NCBI GenBank assembly: GCA_051362555.1
Contig: CM120643.1
Location: 26,788,848-26,852,847, forward strand
DNA length: 64,000 bases
Direction of reading: 5' to 3'
Source: Lingula anatina
Lineage: Eukaryota > Animalia > Brachiopoda
The position numbers were made by a program, and so were the translations under genes. Under the pieces are notes generated by a model. It did not search any database, was not told where the DNA came from, and saw only the letters and a list, made by a program, of their open reading frames with translations. This document shows, one piece after another, positions 23,010-36,716 of this stretch. Position 1 is the first letter of the stretch. Each line of letters starts with the position of its first letter.

Positions 23010-24322
23010 TAAATATCACGTATAGCTGTTCTGAATTTCTATGTATAATAATATCAATGGTATTTCAAGCCGAGCTTCCATGCCATGAGAAGTATAGTTC
23101 ATATGTCATTCTGATCACGAAGAAAAAAAATCCTGTGATCTGCAAACCTTTCCTCACTTGTGGTTCTTGCTATGTTGCCAGCAGTTCTGAACGTGCTGAG
23201 GATAAAGCATTGTTATAAAACCTCGTCATTTGAAGACCTTGACTCCAGATAACCTGTGGCCTTCCCAGTCGGATGTGAACGCTGTTTTCTTGGTACTGAG
23301 CCTTAAAGGTATTGACACGAGTTGTGCAAAGTCGTTCATTCTAGAAACGAAGCAGACGCTTAATTAGGCGCCGTACTTTCCCTATTACGTCAGCATGATA
23401 AAGATGACATTCTGGTGGGCAGAGAAAACGTATGAACAGTGTTTCTGTAGTTGCTTTCAAGTATATTGCCAAGATGTGGCAGCATTGTTAACCTTTTAGG
23501 CGAATTTACTTGATTTTCTATCCTTTATATTGAAAAATTACTTATAATACTGAACTTCCGTAACAATGTCAGATAATAACAGAACCCACCCCCTCTGGAA
23601 AATTTAATTTACAAATATATTTAAAGATATCAGCATTTGAAACACTTACAAGGTAGTGACTGTATATATTTGTTAACTGTTAACCCTAAAAATTAAGAAC
23701 AATTATGCAAAGATTTGATGTGTGGAAATTATGAACATAAATAACAGTCTTTGTTTTTAAAGTATGCAATAAAGTGTGAATAGGGATCTCACGTGACATC
23801 ACGTACATGAGCCGTCACACGAGAACAGCAAACTGGAGAATTAGTTTGCGATAAATGCATGCGTCTTCTTAGAAAGCGATCAGACGTGGTCACGCAAAAC
23901 TTGATGTACTGGTAAACGCACTGATTAACCAAATACTAATTCTCCAGAACATTAGAGAAGATAACGAAAAAATTATCGGTGGATACATTTTGCCAGGTTT
24001 TATTCCATGTCACTCGACATTGCGTCATTTTTTTAAACCCCACTCTTCTTTAAATTCTTCGTAAACTTGCTTGATCTTTTGCTATTTCGTGAGAATCAGA
24101 ATATTTCGAGTACTCCAAATAACGGGCGTATTGTGGTCACATTGAAGTCATTCATCCCTTGACCCAGCTGGAAAAAAAGTGGGTATCTTGAGGCTATAAA
24201 CAAATAATGCACACTATCAAACTGTACAGAATCGTACTGCATGTTCCTTCCACACAAAATACTTATTCCTTGCACCTTCGAATAATCATCTACTAGGTCT
24301 TATAAGCTAAAAATGCCTGACA

Positions 24323-25560
24323 TAATAATAATAATAATAATAATAATAATAGTTTATTGAGCAATACAATGTGTACAAATTACCTTCTCCAGGCTCTCTA
24401 CTCTACAAACATGTATACTTAAAAAAATACATAGTTAATAAAATAGGTGAGGACTAAGAAATAGCAGAGGTTAACTGTTGCTAGTAATGGGTATTTCTGT
24501 TATATCAATACGCTCTAAAACATGAATCATTTTTTAGATTGAGTAGACAGTTAAGTTTACCAAGGTCCTTTCTGTGCTTATGAGGTATCATTTATCTATA
24601 TTTTTGGTCGCAATGCTTTTAACATTTTGATTTCAGTGCAGCTGGGGACACTTACCATTTTCCGTAGGCTGTTTAATTATGTATAGCGCCCTCTTTCAAC
24701 TGCCAGACCATGATCACTAACAAGCATTTTCGTAATTTTATTTCAGATTGCAAGGCTTCATTGAGAGTATTTTTAAGTAACCTGTATGTCCCGATTTTAT
24801 TTCAATGTGTCACTTTTCAAGCCTTTCCAAAAAGGGTCCTCAGTCTTCATACTGTTACTAGCATCTTTCAGGTGTTCAAAAGTTCGGAAATTTCGTTATT
24901 TTAGAGGGCGAACGGTGCCATTTGGTACGGTTTAGAACTATGATTCAGCTAGTCAAAATTCTAATTTCAAGAGGGGGCAGTTGGATTTTCAGAAATCGAA
25001 GGGGGGGGGTCATGACCCCCTGCCCCCCCCCCCCCCAAATCCGCCACTGCCAACATTGTATAAACATTTTGATTGATCTAGACCAACAGGTTCCTTTTTT
25101 CCTTTTGCTCCTGTTCATATACGTTTTTAACCAATCTGCCAGAGGGCAGTTCATAAGGAGTGTTGTTGTACCTCTGCGCCTATTTTACCACATCAGAGTA
25201 GAGAGAGAGTCTTCCAAATTCAGCTTTTCAAGCATTGTTCATAACGTTTTTTCTTACGCTTTGTTCCCCCTTGCACATCTACTTGTTCGAAAGGCAATTT
25301 ATTTAGTTTTGAAACAGTCGTCTGCTCATCCTTGAATATTTCTTCAGTCCATACTTCTCACCCAAACGGTAAAATGGGCTAGATGATTTTATCGAATAGT
25401 TTCAAGTGGGGTGAAGGGGGATGCTATCTTAAATTATTTGAGGACAGGGAAGATTTAAGAGCAAAGCTTGTTTTTTTCTTTAAATTTTCAATTGCTGTTT
25501 TTGTTGAACCAGTGTTTTTGAAGGTTAAGCCCAAATACATGTAATTGTACTTTTCCATTA
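24323..25560 (-). mobile_element. Decayed 3' fragment of a LINE (CR1/L2-group-like) with (ATT)n tail
   Basis: Minus-strand residual peptides YMYLGLTFKNTG, FDKII*PILPFG*EVW, ITKMLVSDHGLAVERGRY, typical of the post-RT region of these LINEs; aataaa followed by (att)n at 24323-24357. Confidence 0.75.
24905..25049. mobile_element. MITE fragment inserted in the LINE; same family as 56819-57058
   Basis: ggtttagaactatgattcagctagtcaaaattctaatttcaagagggg is the reverse complement of sequence at ~56856-56903; ends ...atccgccactg. Confidence 0.65.
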
Positions 25561-26747
25561 TATCTAAAGAACGCGGTTCTCTAAATTAAGAAACGGAATA
25601 ATCCAATGGAAGCTGTTTCCAGCTGGTGCAAATTGCCCGCGTCTCAACTATGCTTCTCATTGTCCCTGATCTCGTTTTATCTTCTACCAGCTCATGTTAG
25701 AATGTTTTAGAATCGTCAGAATAACAGTGGGGTTGCCCGCAATGTAATTTCAGGGACATGTCCTTCAACGAACTTGCTGTAGCCTCGAAATAGAACCAAT
25801 TCACTGTTTTTGTATCACTTTGATTAATTGCATCGTGTGTTATTCTTTCTACTTGGTGAATTCTTTTCTCTGTTTACCATATCAAATTGTTTTCTGAGAA
25901 ATTTCAGCCTGAGACTTATGAACGTATTTTCCATTTCACAGGTGGTCGATCCTGGTTGTTGAATCAAGCGAAAAGATTAATTTGACACTTTAAATAGGGA
26001 ACCATATGGGCAAGAGAAATGGCGTCTGCCTTATGTAATACTTTTTTTTGTTTCGTGCTTTTAATAGCCAATCTGAAAAAATATACAGGGAGCTAAACAG
26101 CATTCAGAATGCTGAATGCTCATTATCAATCAATTGGTTAATAAATCGATTGATTTATTATCAGTAATGATTATTTATTGAAAAGTAACTTCCTTAATTT
26201 ATCGCCACAAAAATCTGATCAATGATAAGTAAGACCATTGCTGACCGATCCTGATCAAAAGAAAAAAAAAAAAAAAACAAAATTCGTTCATAACTTTTTG
26301 AGTTTGGCTAATTTTAAATTAACAAACTAATATTGTAAGAGGCGTCATTGACGGAGGTATTATATAAAATCAAAACTGAGAAGTGTCGTTACGACGCAAC
26401 GTAAATAGCTTTCATAGTGTCCTCACTCTTAACAATACATCCAATACTCGTTGATTGCTCCAAGTGCCTGAATATAATTTATACAAAGATTCAACCGCTA
26501 TGAATCAAAAGGATTATTTTTCCTTGTCATCTCGTTCTTATGTTTTCGTATCTGGAGAATAGTATTGTGAAGTAGGAAGTGTGTCTAGAAAACAAATAGA
26601 ATGGTCTATTTTATTTTCTCACCTCTTGTTCAATACACAGAATACAATACAAAGCTACGGTACCTACAAAAGCATACAGACAATACATCATGGTGTTTTA
26701 TATAAGTAGAAAAATACATTTGCTCAAGGACGCTGCCCGCACGCGCG

Positions 26748-26792
<45 letters not shown>

Positions 26793-28032
26793 TGATATTA
26801 AACATGCTAAATGTAACAATATCTTATCAATATCACTAATATAGTTTGGAAACACAACGTATACAATCTCTGAAGTTGATTTAGTAAAAATAAATGAATA
26901 AATTGCAGACAAACAAACATTGTATGAATAAATAGATAAATGAAGGCAAAAAGAAGAATGAACAGAAGAAATGTAAAAGAAAACAAACAATTAAAGAATG
27001 AATAAGTGAAAAAAATAATAACGGCTCTTTCTTATTCAACATTGCGAACCTTCCAGCTCTTTGCCTGTGGCAATTTGTGTTTTGCTTTTTAATCAATAAA
27101 CAGTGTGCCAAAATATTATACTGGTACTTCAGTCCTCGGGAACACACGTTGTCTTTAGATTGGCACGTTCTATAACATACTTGAATATAATTACCTTCAC
27201 ATTCAAGGAGTATCACGCTGCAGGAAGGTGAAATGTTCCTCTCTACAGACTGTCGTCAAGAGATGGGCGCTCGCGTGGAAGATAGGGTCAAGAGTTCATA
27301 CACACTTGTCACCAGTCTCCATTAAGCACTCAGAGAAGACAATTAATATTGAATGGGATTCTTCTGCCCGGTATAAGCTCGAGATTTAACACTTCAAAGC
27401 ACGGGCACGAAAATTACATATTTCTTTTCAAAAGTGAATAATTGCAGCAATCTTATGACAGCTAATGTTAGTATACGAATATAGTATGCGATGTTAGTAT
27501 ACGAAATAAAAAAAAGAAATAATTAAACAAAAAGGAAATTGTGAGCTTGCCATCAATTTTTTAAAATTTCAATCAAGGCAAAGTACACATAAAAATTAAC
27601 ACTGCACAGGAGTTGCTGGGAGCAGGGTGGGGGCTGTTTTTGGAGGGAGGCACTAAATATACGTGACTCCTCTCCCCTGTACGTTGTAAAAGGGTACCAC
27701 ACAGAAGGCACTGCATGCACCATTTCCTTAAAACGCTTGTTCAGTACTTTTTGTATCGGGGGAGGGGGGTGCATGGGGGATTGGGGCGGTGGGGGAGAGG
27801 GGTATGCACTAAGGTGCGGGAGGGGGGGGGGAGCATGAAACCACTGTGTTCATCTTCATAGTGCATAAATATCATTACCTTTGCATAAATATCATAATCA
27901 GCCGCCGCAACTGTTTGAAACGATCTGTTTCTTAGGGCAAGCTGAGGCAGACATTCTCGTGCTTATAATCTCAGCTCTTTACACACACAGCCTCACACCC
28001 AAACACACGCGCACGCTCGTACACATACACCC

Positions 28033-28080
<48 letters not shown>

Positions 28081-28197
28081 CAAATAAATAAATATTACGA
28101 TATGTATAAAAAAAATTAAGGAAGTTGAGTGTGTGTGTGTGGGGGGGGGGGGGGGGGGGCTCTAAGAGACACGTGAAAAGACAATTGAGGGATAAAA

Positions 28198-28230
<33 letters not shown>

Positions 28231-28549
28231 GTGCGACGTTCATTGTAACCCATTTGAAAACTTAAAGAGTCTCCCCGTTACAATTTCCCGAATAGAAATA
28301 GCCAGTACTCATATAAATATAACAATGGCCACGTTCCAAAATGGCGGCCCCTTATTTTCTTTCATCTGTGATAGTGATATAATAAGAGCATTTCCATCAG
28401 AAGCATTGTTCATGGCAGAAGCTTTTATCATGTTCAAAAATCCAATTATCTGTTGGCGTTGGCAGGCATATAGCAGACAGAAGGAAATGATAAACATAAG
28501 GATGTGCATTACTCTTAAACTGACGGTAAAGTATACAGCTCTCCCAATA

Positions 28550-28816
28550 CATTCCCATACTTAGATCGATCTGGCAGGATCGACCTAACTCCGAGGCGAT
28601 TCTCGCTAAAGTGCATTCAGATTAAGCGGCTTAGATATCTGGCACGCCTACTGAAGCTGCTAAACGATAGTTGATTACCCCTAACAGCTTCAGGTGGCGT
28701 GTCAGACACCAGAACCGCTTAAGCTAAAGGTATCATGTACAAAAGCTGAATGTAATTTAGCGAGAAACCCCTCGGAGATGGGTCGATCCTGCTAGATTGT
28801 TCTAGGTATGGGAATG
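28550..28816. mobile_element. Fully palindromic MITE, family copy 1
   Basis: cattcccatac...ggatcgacc...ctcgctaaa...aagcgg...gaagctg / cagcttc...ccgctt...tttagcgag...ggtcgatcc...gtatgggaatg. Confidence 0.85.
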
Positions 28817-29259
28817 GAGTCAAAGACGCCGTTTTATTTACATGATTCTTTTTTTCATAAAATAAGGCTATTACACTTCCCCTGAACAATAGCTGTTTTA
28901 CCAGTTATGAACACGGGTGAAATAAATGAATGATGACGTCCATAAAGGAGGTGGTTATAGATAGCTGATTAGCCCAAGCCGTGCTTTTTTAATAGCCTTG
29001 GTAATTGGCATTTTGTCAGTGAACTGAGTGAACTGGAAAAGCTTTTCGTGATTTTTTAGATTTTTGTTAGAGCTAATATGAACAAAACTGACGGTCTCAT
29101 GTTCGCTTTCATGTGGATATTGATAACCACAAGTCAAGTGTACAGATTACCTCACGAAAAACGTATTCTTTTACATTGTATTTTCTTACAGTGTACAGGG
29201 GTGTGAAATGCGTAACCACAAGACACACACAAATAGCTAAATGAAATAAGATAAACTAA

Positions 29260-29290
<31 letters not shown>

Positions 29291-29299
29291 ACAAACATA

Positions 29300-30963
29300 C
29301 AACATTGGTCAAAAAGGTTGTCCCACCTTCAGTATCATGCACTTTTATTTATATATGATCACACCACAGGAGAAGATTTTTATGAATAGTGATTTTCATT
29401 CCAGATACCATAACTAACATGATTAGTGATACAGAAAATGCAAACTAGCGGTGAAGATATCAAAATTTAATACCTTTTATTCACATTTATTACATGTACC
29501 CCCTCAAATCCGACGTTTCACTGTGATTTTCACAGAGGTAAAGAAATGTCCATTAAATTGAAATGACACCACCAGATTTCACCAAATTTTCACACATTTA
29601 GCATTAGGGCGTGCTCGTGAAAGGCTCTTTGTCTAATAGCGTGTGTGTTTACCGCGTACTGTAATTACCTCCCGTAGGTGGCGCGGCTTGCCTTCAACAA
29701 GAGTAACAATTCTGTTTTATGGGATGTTGTCCCATTCTTCCGAAAGAGGTTGGGGGAGTTGGTCCAGACTATCAGGAGTTACGTTTTCCTTTGCATTGCA
29801 TACTTCAATTCATGCCACAGATGTTTAGTAAGGTTAATAACAGGGCTCAAAGATGGTTGCTCCATCCTCTGAACATTGGGTTTCTGCAACAAATCACTCA
29901 GCAAACGAGAGTTGTGAGCAAGTGCATTTCCACGATGACGCCTGCAGTATCCCTGAAATCACCTCTTGCAAATGTAGTGAGATATTTGTTGAGAATGTTT
30001 CAGTGAATTGCCCCAGTATCATTCTTTTCCGAAAAGAACAATGCTCTTAAACCATGGGATTGGAATTCTCTCCAAACGTGGACTGACCTGACACCTCAGG
30101 CGATATTATCAGCACAAACCTACCAAAAGGCATTATGCAACATGTCTATGGGCCCTAATTTGACCATCAAAGGCATACAAGAGATACCTTGATTCTTGAG
30201 AAAAACCAACTTGTCCCTAGTGATGGTTGACCAAGTTCTGGTAGTTCTGGGATCACTGAACCTAGCATTCTCAACTGATACCTCATTCCATCTGCAAGAG
30301 GGGACTTCGGGGGTGATCCAGGCTTCATCATGACAGCACACTTGCACACAGTTCTCATGTGGTGAGTGATTTGCTGCAGAAACCCAATGTTCTGAGGCTG
30401 GAGAAACCATCTTTGAATCCAGATAATAAACCTTCTGAGCACTCGTGACATGAATTGAAGTGTGCAATCCAGAGGAGAACCAAACTCCAAATAATCCAGA
30501 CCAATTCCGCCATGCTTTTTAGGAAACATGGGGCAATATCCCACAAAAACAGAATTGTTACCCTTGTTGAAGGCAATGGCGCCGTCTACAGGAGATAATT
30601 ACAGTACGTGGTAAACACACACGCTTATAGGTACGTGACCTTTAACGAGCACGCCCTAATGCTAAATGTGTGTAAATTTGGTGACATTTGGTGGTGTCAT
30701 TTCAATTTAATGGGCATTTCTTTACCTCTGTGGAAATGACAGTGGAACATCGAATTTTAGGGGGTACATGTAATACATGTAAATAAATAGTATTAAATAT
30801 GGGTATCTTAACCGCTAGTTTGTATTTTTTGCACCACTAATCATGTTAGTTATGGTATCTGGAATGAAAATCACCATTCATAGCAATTAACTCCTGTGAT
30901 GTGATCATTTATAAATAAAAGCACATGAGACCGGGGGTGGGACAACCTTTTTGACTAATGTTG
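29300..30963. mobile_element. Tc1 (DD34E) derivative: two 3' halves fused back to back, flanked by TA
   Basis: TA|caacattggtcaaaaaggttgtcccacc ... ggtgggacaacctttttgactaatgttg|TA. Right arm (+) encodes HHDSTLAH...SLNPDNKPSEH (D at 30332, E at 30437, 34 residues between). Left arm (-) encodes EEWDNIP*NRIVTLVEGKPRHLREVITVRGKHTRY*. Confidence 0.9.
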
Positions 30964-30967
30964 TATA

Positions 30968-31135
30968 TGTGCTCGTTAGAGGTCACGTGTCTAATAACGT
31001 ATGTGTCTACCGCGTACTACAATTATCTCCTGTAGGCGGCTTGACAAGCCTTCACCACGGGTAACAACACTGTTTTGTGGGGTATTGTCCCATTCTTCTT
31101 GAAAAACTTGGCGGTGATGGTCCAGATTATTTGGG
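30968..31135 (-). mobile_element. Third fragment of the same Tc1 transposase C-terminus
   Basis: minus strand reads QVFQEEWDNTPQNSVVTRGEGLSSRLQEIIVVRGRHIRY*. Confidence 0.8.
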
Positions 31136-32649
31136 GATTAGCCTAAAGTACACTTTAGGCTCTAAATGAATGATGAAAAGACATGTTAGAAAAATATGTA
31201 GAAAAGTTCTAATATCCGCTAATTTGAAGTGAATTTTATTATCAACCAGCCATCTAATAACCAACCACAAGAAAAACACTCTAAAGAATAATGATCTTTT
31301 AATTAAGATGTTGCTCATCTAAACGGAAATAAAGCTTTCAGTATGAAAATCAAAGCACAATTTTATTTTTGAAGTTCTCGGTAATAGGGTGCAGGTTTGT
31401 GAAACAGAATGAATATAATGTCTGATGAACTTCCTAGAAACTCTCTTCTACGTTAAATAAACTATTGATCAAATCAACCATAAAAGCACAACATCCTTTT
31501 ATTGGTAGTTTAACATGAAGCCTGTTTAGTTCTTTTATAAGGGGAAGAAAATGTTGAGTGTGGTAGTTGCGACCGATCCGATGAGTCTACATTTATGTAC
31601 GGTATCGATGCTTTTGGTGAAATGGGCTTCATACAAAAAAGTGAACTTTTTAACAATTTCCCCTTTATTGCCAAGGTGTATTTTAGATACTGCTGCCCAG
31701 AACATTGCATGATGTAAACTCGGTTTTGATTTTTTGTTTCTATTTTTACCGTTACAGTACTAATGGTATTCGATATCTCCATTTCCATTACGAAAAGGAT
31801 CTGAACGGTTGAAAAAAGAACCCAAAAGCCGGTTTATCATTTTAAAATAATAAGTTGTGTTTGATATACCAATATTTAAGGTATTACAATTTTCAGGAAA
31901 ATAAAGATTTTGATGCACTAATGTCTTACTAAAAGCTTATCGTCGGCAGTTGTATCGTTTTACAGTATATGCCCCCGTCAATTACATGCGCATGTGCTGT
32001 ATATTGCAGACTTTCCTTTTTATATAGTATTTTTTGATAAAATAGTTATGTTAAAAGAATAATGTTTAATAATATTGACAAGATTGTTTCCCCTGCCATA
32101 TCGACCTATTTGACACCATTATACATCATATTTCTCAAGGACGTAAGTGTCCAGTTTATTAAAAACAACAATAAAAATAGATATAACATACTGGGGCCAT
32201 TCAGAATACACGATCCGAGTACTAACTGATCCGCCGACTATATATGGCCGAATCTACTTCAAAAGCGGTTCCGCTGATTCCCAGCGGTCTCCCCGCCTCC
32301 ACACGCGCCATTTAACGGATGAAATCTCAACTCCGAGGTTTAATTAATTGCTAGGCTTCTGCAACGAATGGCCCCATAAACAATATTGATCAGTACAAAT
32401 ATTAACACACGGTAGGCAATCATTCACCCAGTTTATCAGATTAATGTTACATTTGATAAACAACAACGAATGGTTGCATGAGATAAAAATTTGGCAGGAT
32501 TGGGGGGGGGGGGAGAAGAGGACCGTTTTTTGTCTCGCTTTGCCTAGCAAAAACAAAAAAGTAGCAGAAGAGAAAAAATCAGTAATAAGCAGGACACGGA
32601 AATAAAAAATGCACTGTTTTGTCTCATTTTGTATTATTTGCATTTTCAG

Positions 32650-34504
32650 GGTGAGAAATAAGGAGTTAAAACAGACGCTGGAGGGGTGCGCACGTGAGCG
32701 GCTGGGCTTAATTTGGAGGGGTCAAGTTGAAGGTAAACATGGCTTGTATCTATTAGATAAACGGCGTCAGGTGAACAAAACGAAACTATGTTAAATGCGT
32801 TTAAATTACCAGGCATAAAGCACAGAGAAGAAAGATAGCGAGAGAGAAAAAACACAGCTAAAGAGGTATGAGTCAGATTTTACAAAAATTGATGGTCGGT
32901 TGTTAATTAATGATTGCTACAATTGTTAGTTTGTTTTAACCAATACCTGAAGAACGAACGCAAGCTCAATTAAATGAAGTATTGCTCCGGTTATATGAAA
33001 GAGTAAACCATTGGCATTAATGTAGACAAATAGTTACCTGATGGAAGTGGTCAACCACTAGCTTATCCTGAAGTGAAGTGGAACTTTTATCCAGAAAAAG
33101 TTAATTCTCTGAACGAAAGCATAGTGAAGTCATAGAATGACTGAGTGTTACAAAAATTCGCTTCAATTTGATAAAAATTGAAAACTTTACCCTCAGCAAA
33201 ATTTTAAGAATGAAAAAATCCTTTTTAAGGCAACATTCTCTATTAGATTGTTTATAGATCTATGTTTTTGTATTTAGTAAGAATTACGTTGGAACATAAA
33301 ATATTTTGAAATATCAAGCCGGATGCTCATAGGTTGTAGTATAAGTACCGAGTGAGAAGCGTTCACAGGTCTACCAATGAACACCTAACAACCTGTGGGC
33401 ATTCACTTGTTTGTACTCACCTGTGGGCATTCACCTGTTTGTACTCACCTGTGGGCATTCACCTGTTTGTACTCACCTGTGGGCATTCACCTGTTTGTAC
33501 TCACCTGTGGGCATTCACCTGTGGGTATTCAGCCTGATGGTGCTCCTAAGACAAGAGCGAAACGTAGTTGTTTCTTAAATGATTTATATTCCAATATAAG
33601 TGCTTATTATCTAAATCAAAACATAACTAAAACCTGCCACTGTTTCGTGAAAAATCGCCCTTCATACCTATGACAAAACGTCCGGAATGAAACTGCACCT
33701 GTCAAAAATTGACCCCTTTTACCTATGGCCAACTATCATTTAGGCTGTCTTCTGGGTCTTCCGGAAGACGGTCAGATTTTCAAGTTTTCATTGTCAGGAA
33801 TCTAATTTTTTCTGTCGGAAGACGGTCAAAAATGGAGGATGGATCAACAAAGATAATTTGGAAGACTGTCAGAAAATATCTTTGGATCCGCCCCCTGATC
33901 AGGAATGTGACTTCACTTCTGTCTAGTTGAAGAAAAATAGCATTATTTTATTGTAAAAACTGTCCTCAAAAATTAAAAAAAAAAAGTTTCAACACTTCCG
34001 CCACTTTTCAGCGCCATACTGTTCTGGCCGTGTGTCGTTACGTCATGAGGTGTGCCAGGTGTTCCACTGATTGTGACAGTGAAGACAGCTATTGTAGGAG
34101 GTGTGGCTACAAGCTCCCCGGTACGTGATCTCAAAACGCGGGTAAAACCCTTGTTATCTATTCGTGACTTTAACAGTGCTTTCACTCTAGTTCGATGGCT
34201 CTGTCTTTATGAGCATTTGTCTATATTGAATGTCTTTTATGTGGGTTATTTTGAATGTTCTGCGTGTAAAATATTCGTCTATCCGCTTACTTAAAAGAAA
34301 AGAAACTCCCGAGGAACTTGGAGAATGGAAAATGCTGACAAGTTAAACATTTTAAATAAAATAAAAATTGAAAAAAAAAACGAGTTGTAGGGGGAGGCGT
34401 TGCCTTGCTCTCCCCTCCTCCTTACGGTCCCGAAATGTACATGTAAGCCTATAATAATCTTATTATTATTTTCATTATTATTTTCATTATAACTATTACT
34501 ATTA

Positions 34505-34541
<37 letters not shown>

Positions 34542-34830
34542 CAGATAGAAATGTATATTCTTTATGAAGTAATTATTCATATCGTACTTTTCAACAACAG
34601 AGCAACGCTCCTTCGTTTATCAGAGCACCGTCAGTATGAGAACGTCGCAAGGAGCGTTCGTAAAGTCAACCACCGTCAAGATGACGTCATCAGGAGGAGG
34701 CAGTTTGGAGCAAAGAAGCACCACCATGATGAGTATTGGCACTTCCGGCAGACAGGCAGTACTTCCGGGACTCAGCGGTCGTCTGATGCTGCTGAATGTT
34801 GCCAATAATAATGATGATGATAGTGATTAA
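32650..34830 (+). CDS. Candidate small spliced gene of unknown function (exons 32650-32732 and 34601-34830)
   Basis: ttttcag|G GTG...GAA G|gtaaac joins in phase to caacag|AG CAA CGC..., giving VRNKELKQTLEGCARERLGLIWRGQVEEQRSFVYQSTVSMRTSQ...NNNDDDSD*. Both segments are GC-richer than their flanks. No recognisable domain. Confidence 0.33.
33391..33527. repeat. 28-bp minisatellite, ~4.8 copies
   Basis: unit acctgtgggcattcacctgtttgtactc. Confidence 0.92.
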
Positions 34831-36649
34831 TGATCGGCCATATATGTGCCATGGGGTGCTGATTTGCGCTATTCATTTCTGTTTATTTGGAAGTAAACTT
34901 TACCAATACACGAGGGGCATGCAGGCTGTCCCCAATTGTTGATGTATAATTGATGATAAGGAACAAATCAGGGAACAAGGTCCTGATATCATAATAATTG
35001 AAACTGTGATAAGAACTGATAAGTCAAACCCAATTTATGGTGTTATTAATGCAAAAGCTTTTAGTGTTAATTTCTTGCTTTGGGGAGGTATTTTCACTCT
35101 TACAATACACGATTGTATCCAGTTAAAGATATATATGTTTCACAAAGATATATACGTTTCATGAATTGCGTGACATTGTATTATTGTGAGTATTGAACCT
35201 TGATTGTGACTACATGTATCTCTTGCGAAAGATAAGTTTGTAATGATACATCGTTTGGTTATTGATATATAGCACGATGATACAGCGACACAGAGAAATC
35301 TTGCTGACATTTTGCGAAGATCACCATTGACCTATTGCGGATATTCCAATGGCTGCAACAGCAACAAACTGCTTTGTCGTCGTGATTATACTATGGCGAA
35401 AAAATAGGTTGTAAATTGAAGTAACATATAAAGATTGTGTGGCTTCCCAATAACACACATTATTTATCCACTTCTTCTAGTTTCTTATACTACACAATTA
35501 AAGTTAACCTGCCAAGGGATATAGCGAGTCTTCAAATCTTCGGTCGTAAATTTATCTACTTTTATCTGACTAATTTCTCTGTCCCTGTAACCTGCAGCAC
35601 AGAAAGAAAACAGAAAGCATTCGTTCATATATCACTTTTCGGGTAATTTGAAAGTATTTTCTTTGATATTTCTCTAAGTTACACTATTTGAAATCATAGG
35701 GTGGCGTTTCATCGGCTTTTGTGGCAAAATGTGACTTCAATTGCATCTTTAAAGACTTTTTGGGCCTTTATCTTGTTACCGACACTTTTATCATCTTAGT
35801 CGTAACATGTTTAATAAATAATCAAAGGCATGTAGTGATTATAGCAGGATTTTGAATAAAGGAAAAATGTCATAACCGTCCTGCCCAGTCTTCTATGCCT
35901 TTTTTTTTAGATGATGCTTCTTTCGCGTAAAAATCGTATTCAAATCGTGCCTAAAAAAGATTAACGCGCCAGGGCATTCATAAGAAAAAATTACAGGAAA
36001 TTCCAGTAATATTCTCCTTATCTTGAAGTTATACTCCATACAAAATCCTTAAACCATCAGTTTTCGAGTTTCTGTCAGTCTTCGTATTTTCATCGTTACT
36101 ATTGAAATTAACTAGTTTCTACCCGATCTCCAGTACAAGAGTCTCAAAAACTAGAGACTTGTGACTTTAAAATGGTAATATGGACCACTACTTTGTGAAC
36201 AGTTTTGGATTTAGTGTACATTAATCATTAAAGGGAATTTAAAACATTGAAAGTTTGAGGAAAACCTGTTTTTTTTTTGCCACACAAGGGTCTCACTCTC
36301 ACTGTGCGTTTTTAAGAATGATTTTTAAAACGTGACTGTGGAAGTGCACTGGAAGTATACAATACTTTTTCATGCCAGAAATAAATCCCTGACCTTCATA
36401 GTTTCATTTATCGCAATCTACTGTAAATTGTGAAATACAAGATGTGGAGGTCTTGCCCTACGTTATGTATGTCGGTCTCAGAGTCTTGGTTTTTCTTGAA
36501 CCTTTTAATCATGAGTTTAAGCTGAAGTTATTATGTAAATAGTATTAACTTATTAAATCATTGATTATGTTCTACGCTTGACATCTTCAAAAACACACAA
36601 AGTATATCATTAACGATGTAGTTGATTATTACCTATGGGGATATATGGC

Positions 36650-36652
<3 letters not shown>

Positions 36653-36712
<60 letters not shown>
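36653..36712. repeat. (GA)n microsatellite
   Basis: direct reading. Confidence 0.95.

Positions 36713-36716
<4 letters not shown>

Noticed and set aside
23832-23948. 12-bp inverted repeat ctggagaattag / ctaattctccag beside cacgtg motifs
   Set aside because: Too short, with no TSD or second copy in the window to support a MITE or regulatory call
26724-28243. ORFs with CVCVC / THTH runs (also 45556-45835, 57825-58186, 60895-61298)
   Set aside because: Translations of (CA)n and (TA)n microsatellites
29643-30576. Cluster of short ORFs as host genes
   Set aside because: Off-frame or antisense readings of decayed Tc1 transposase
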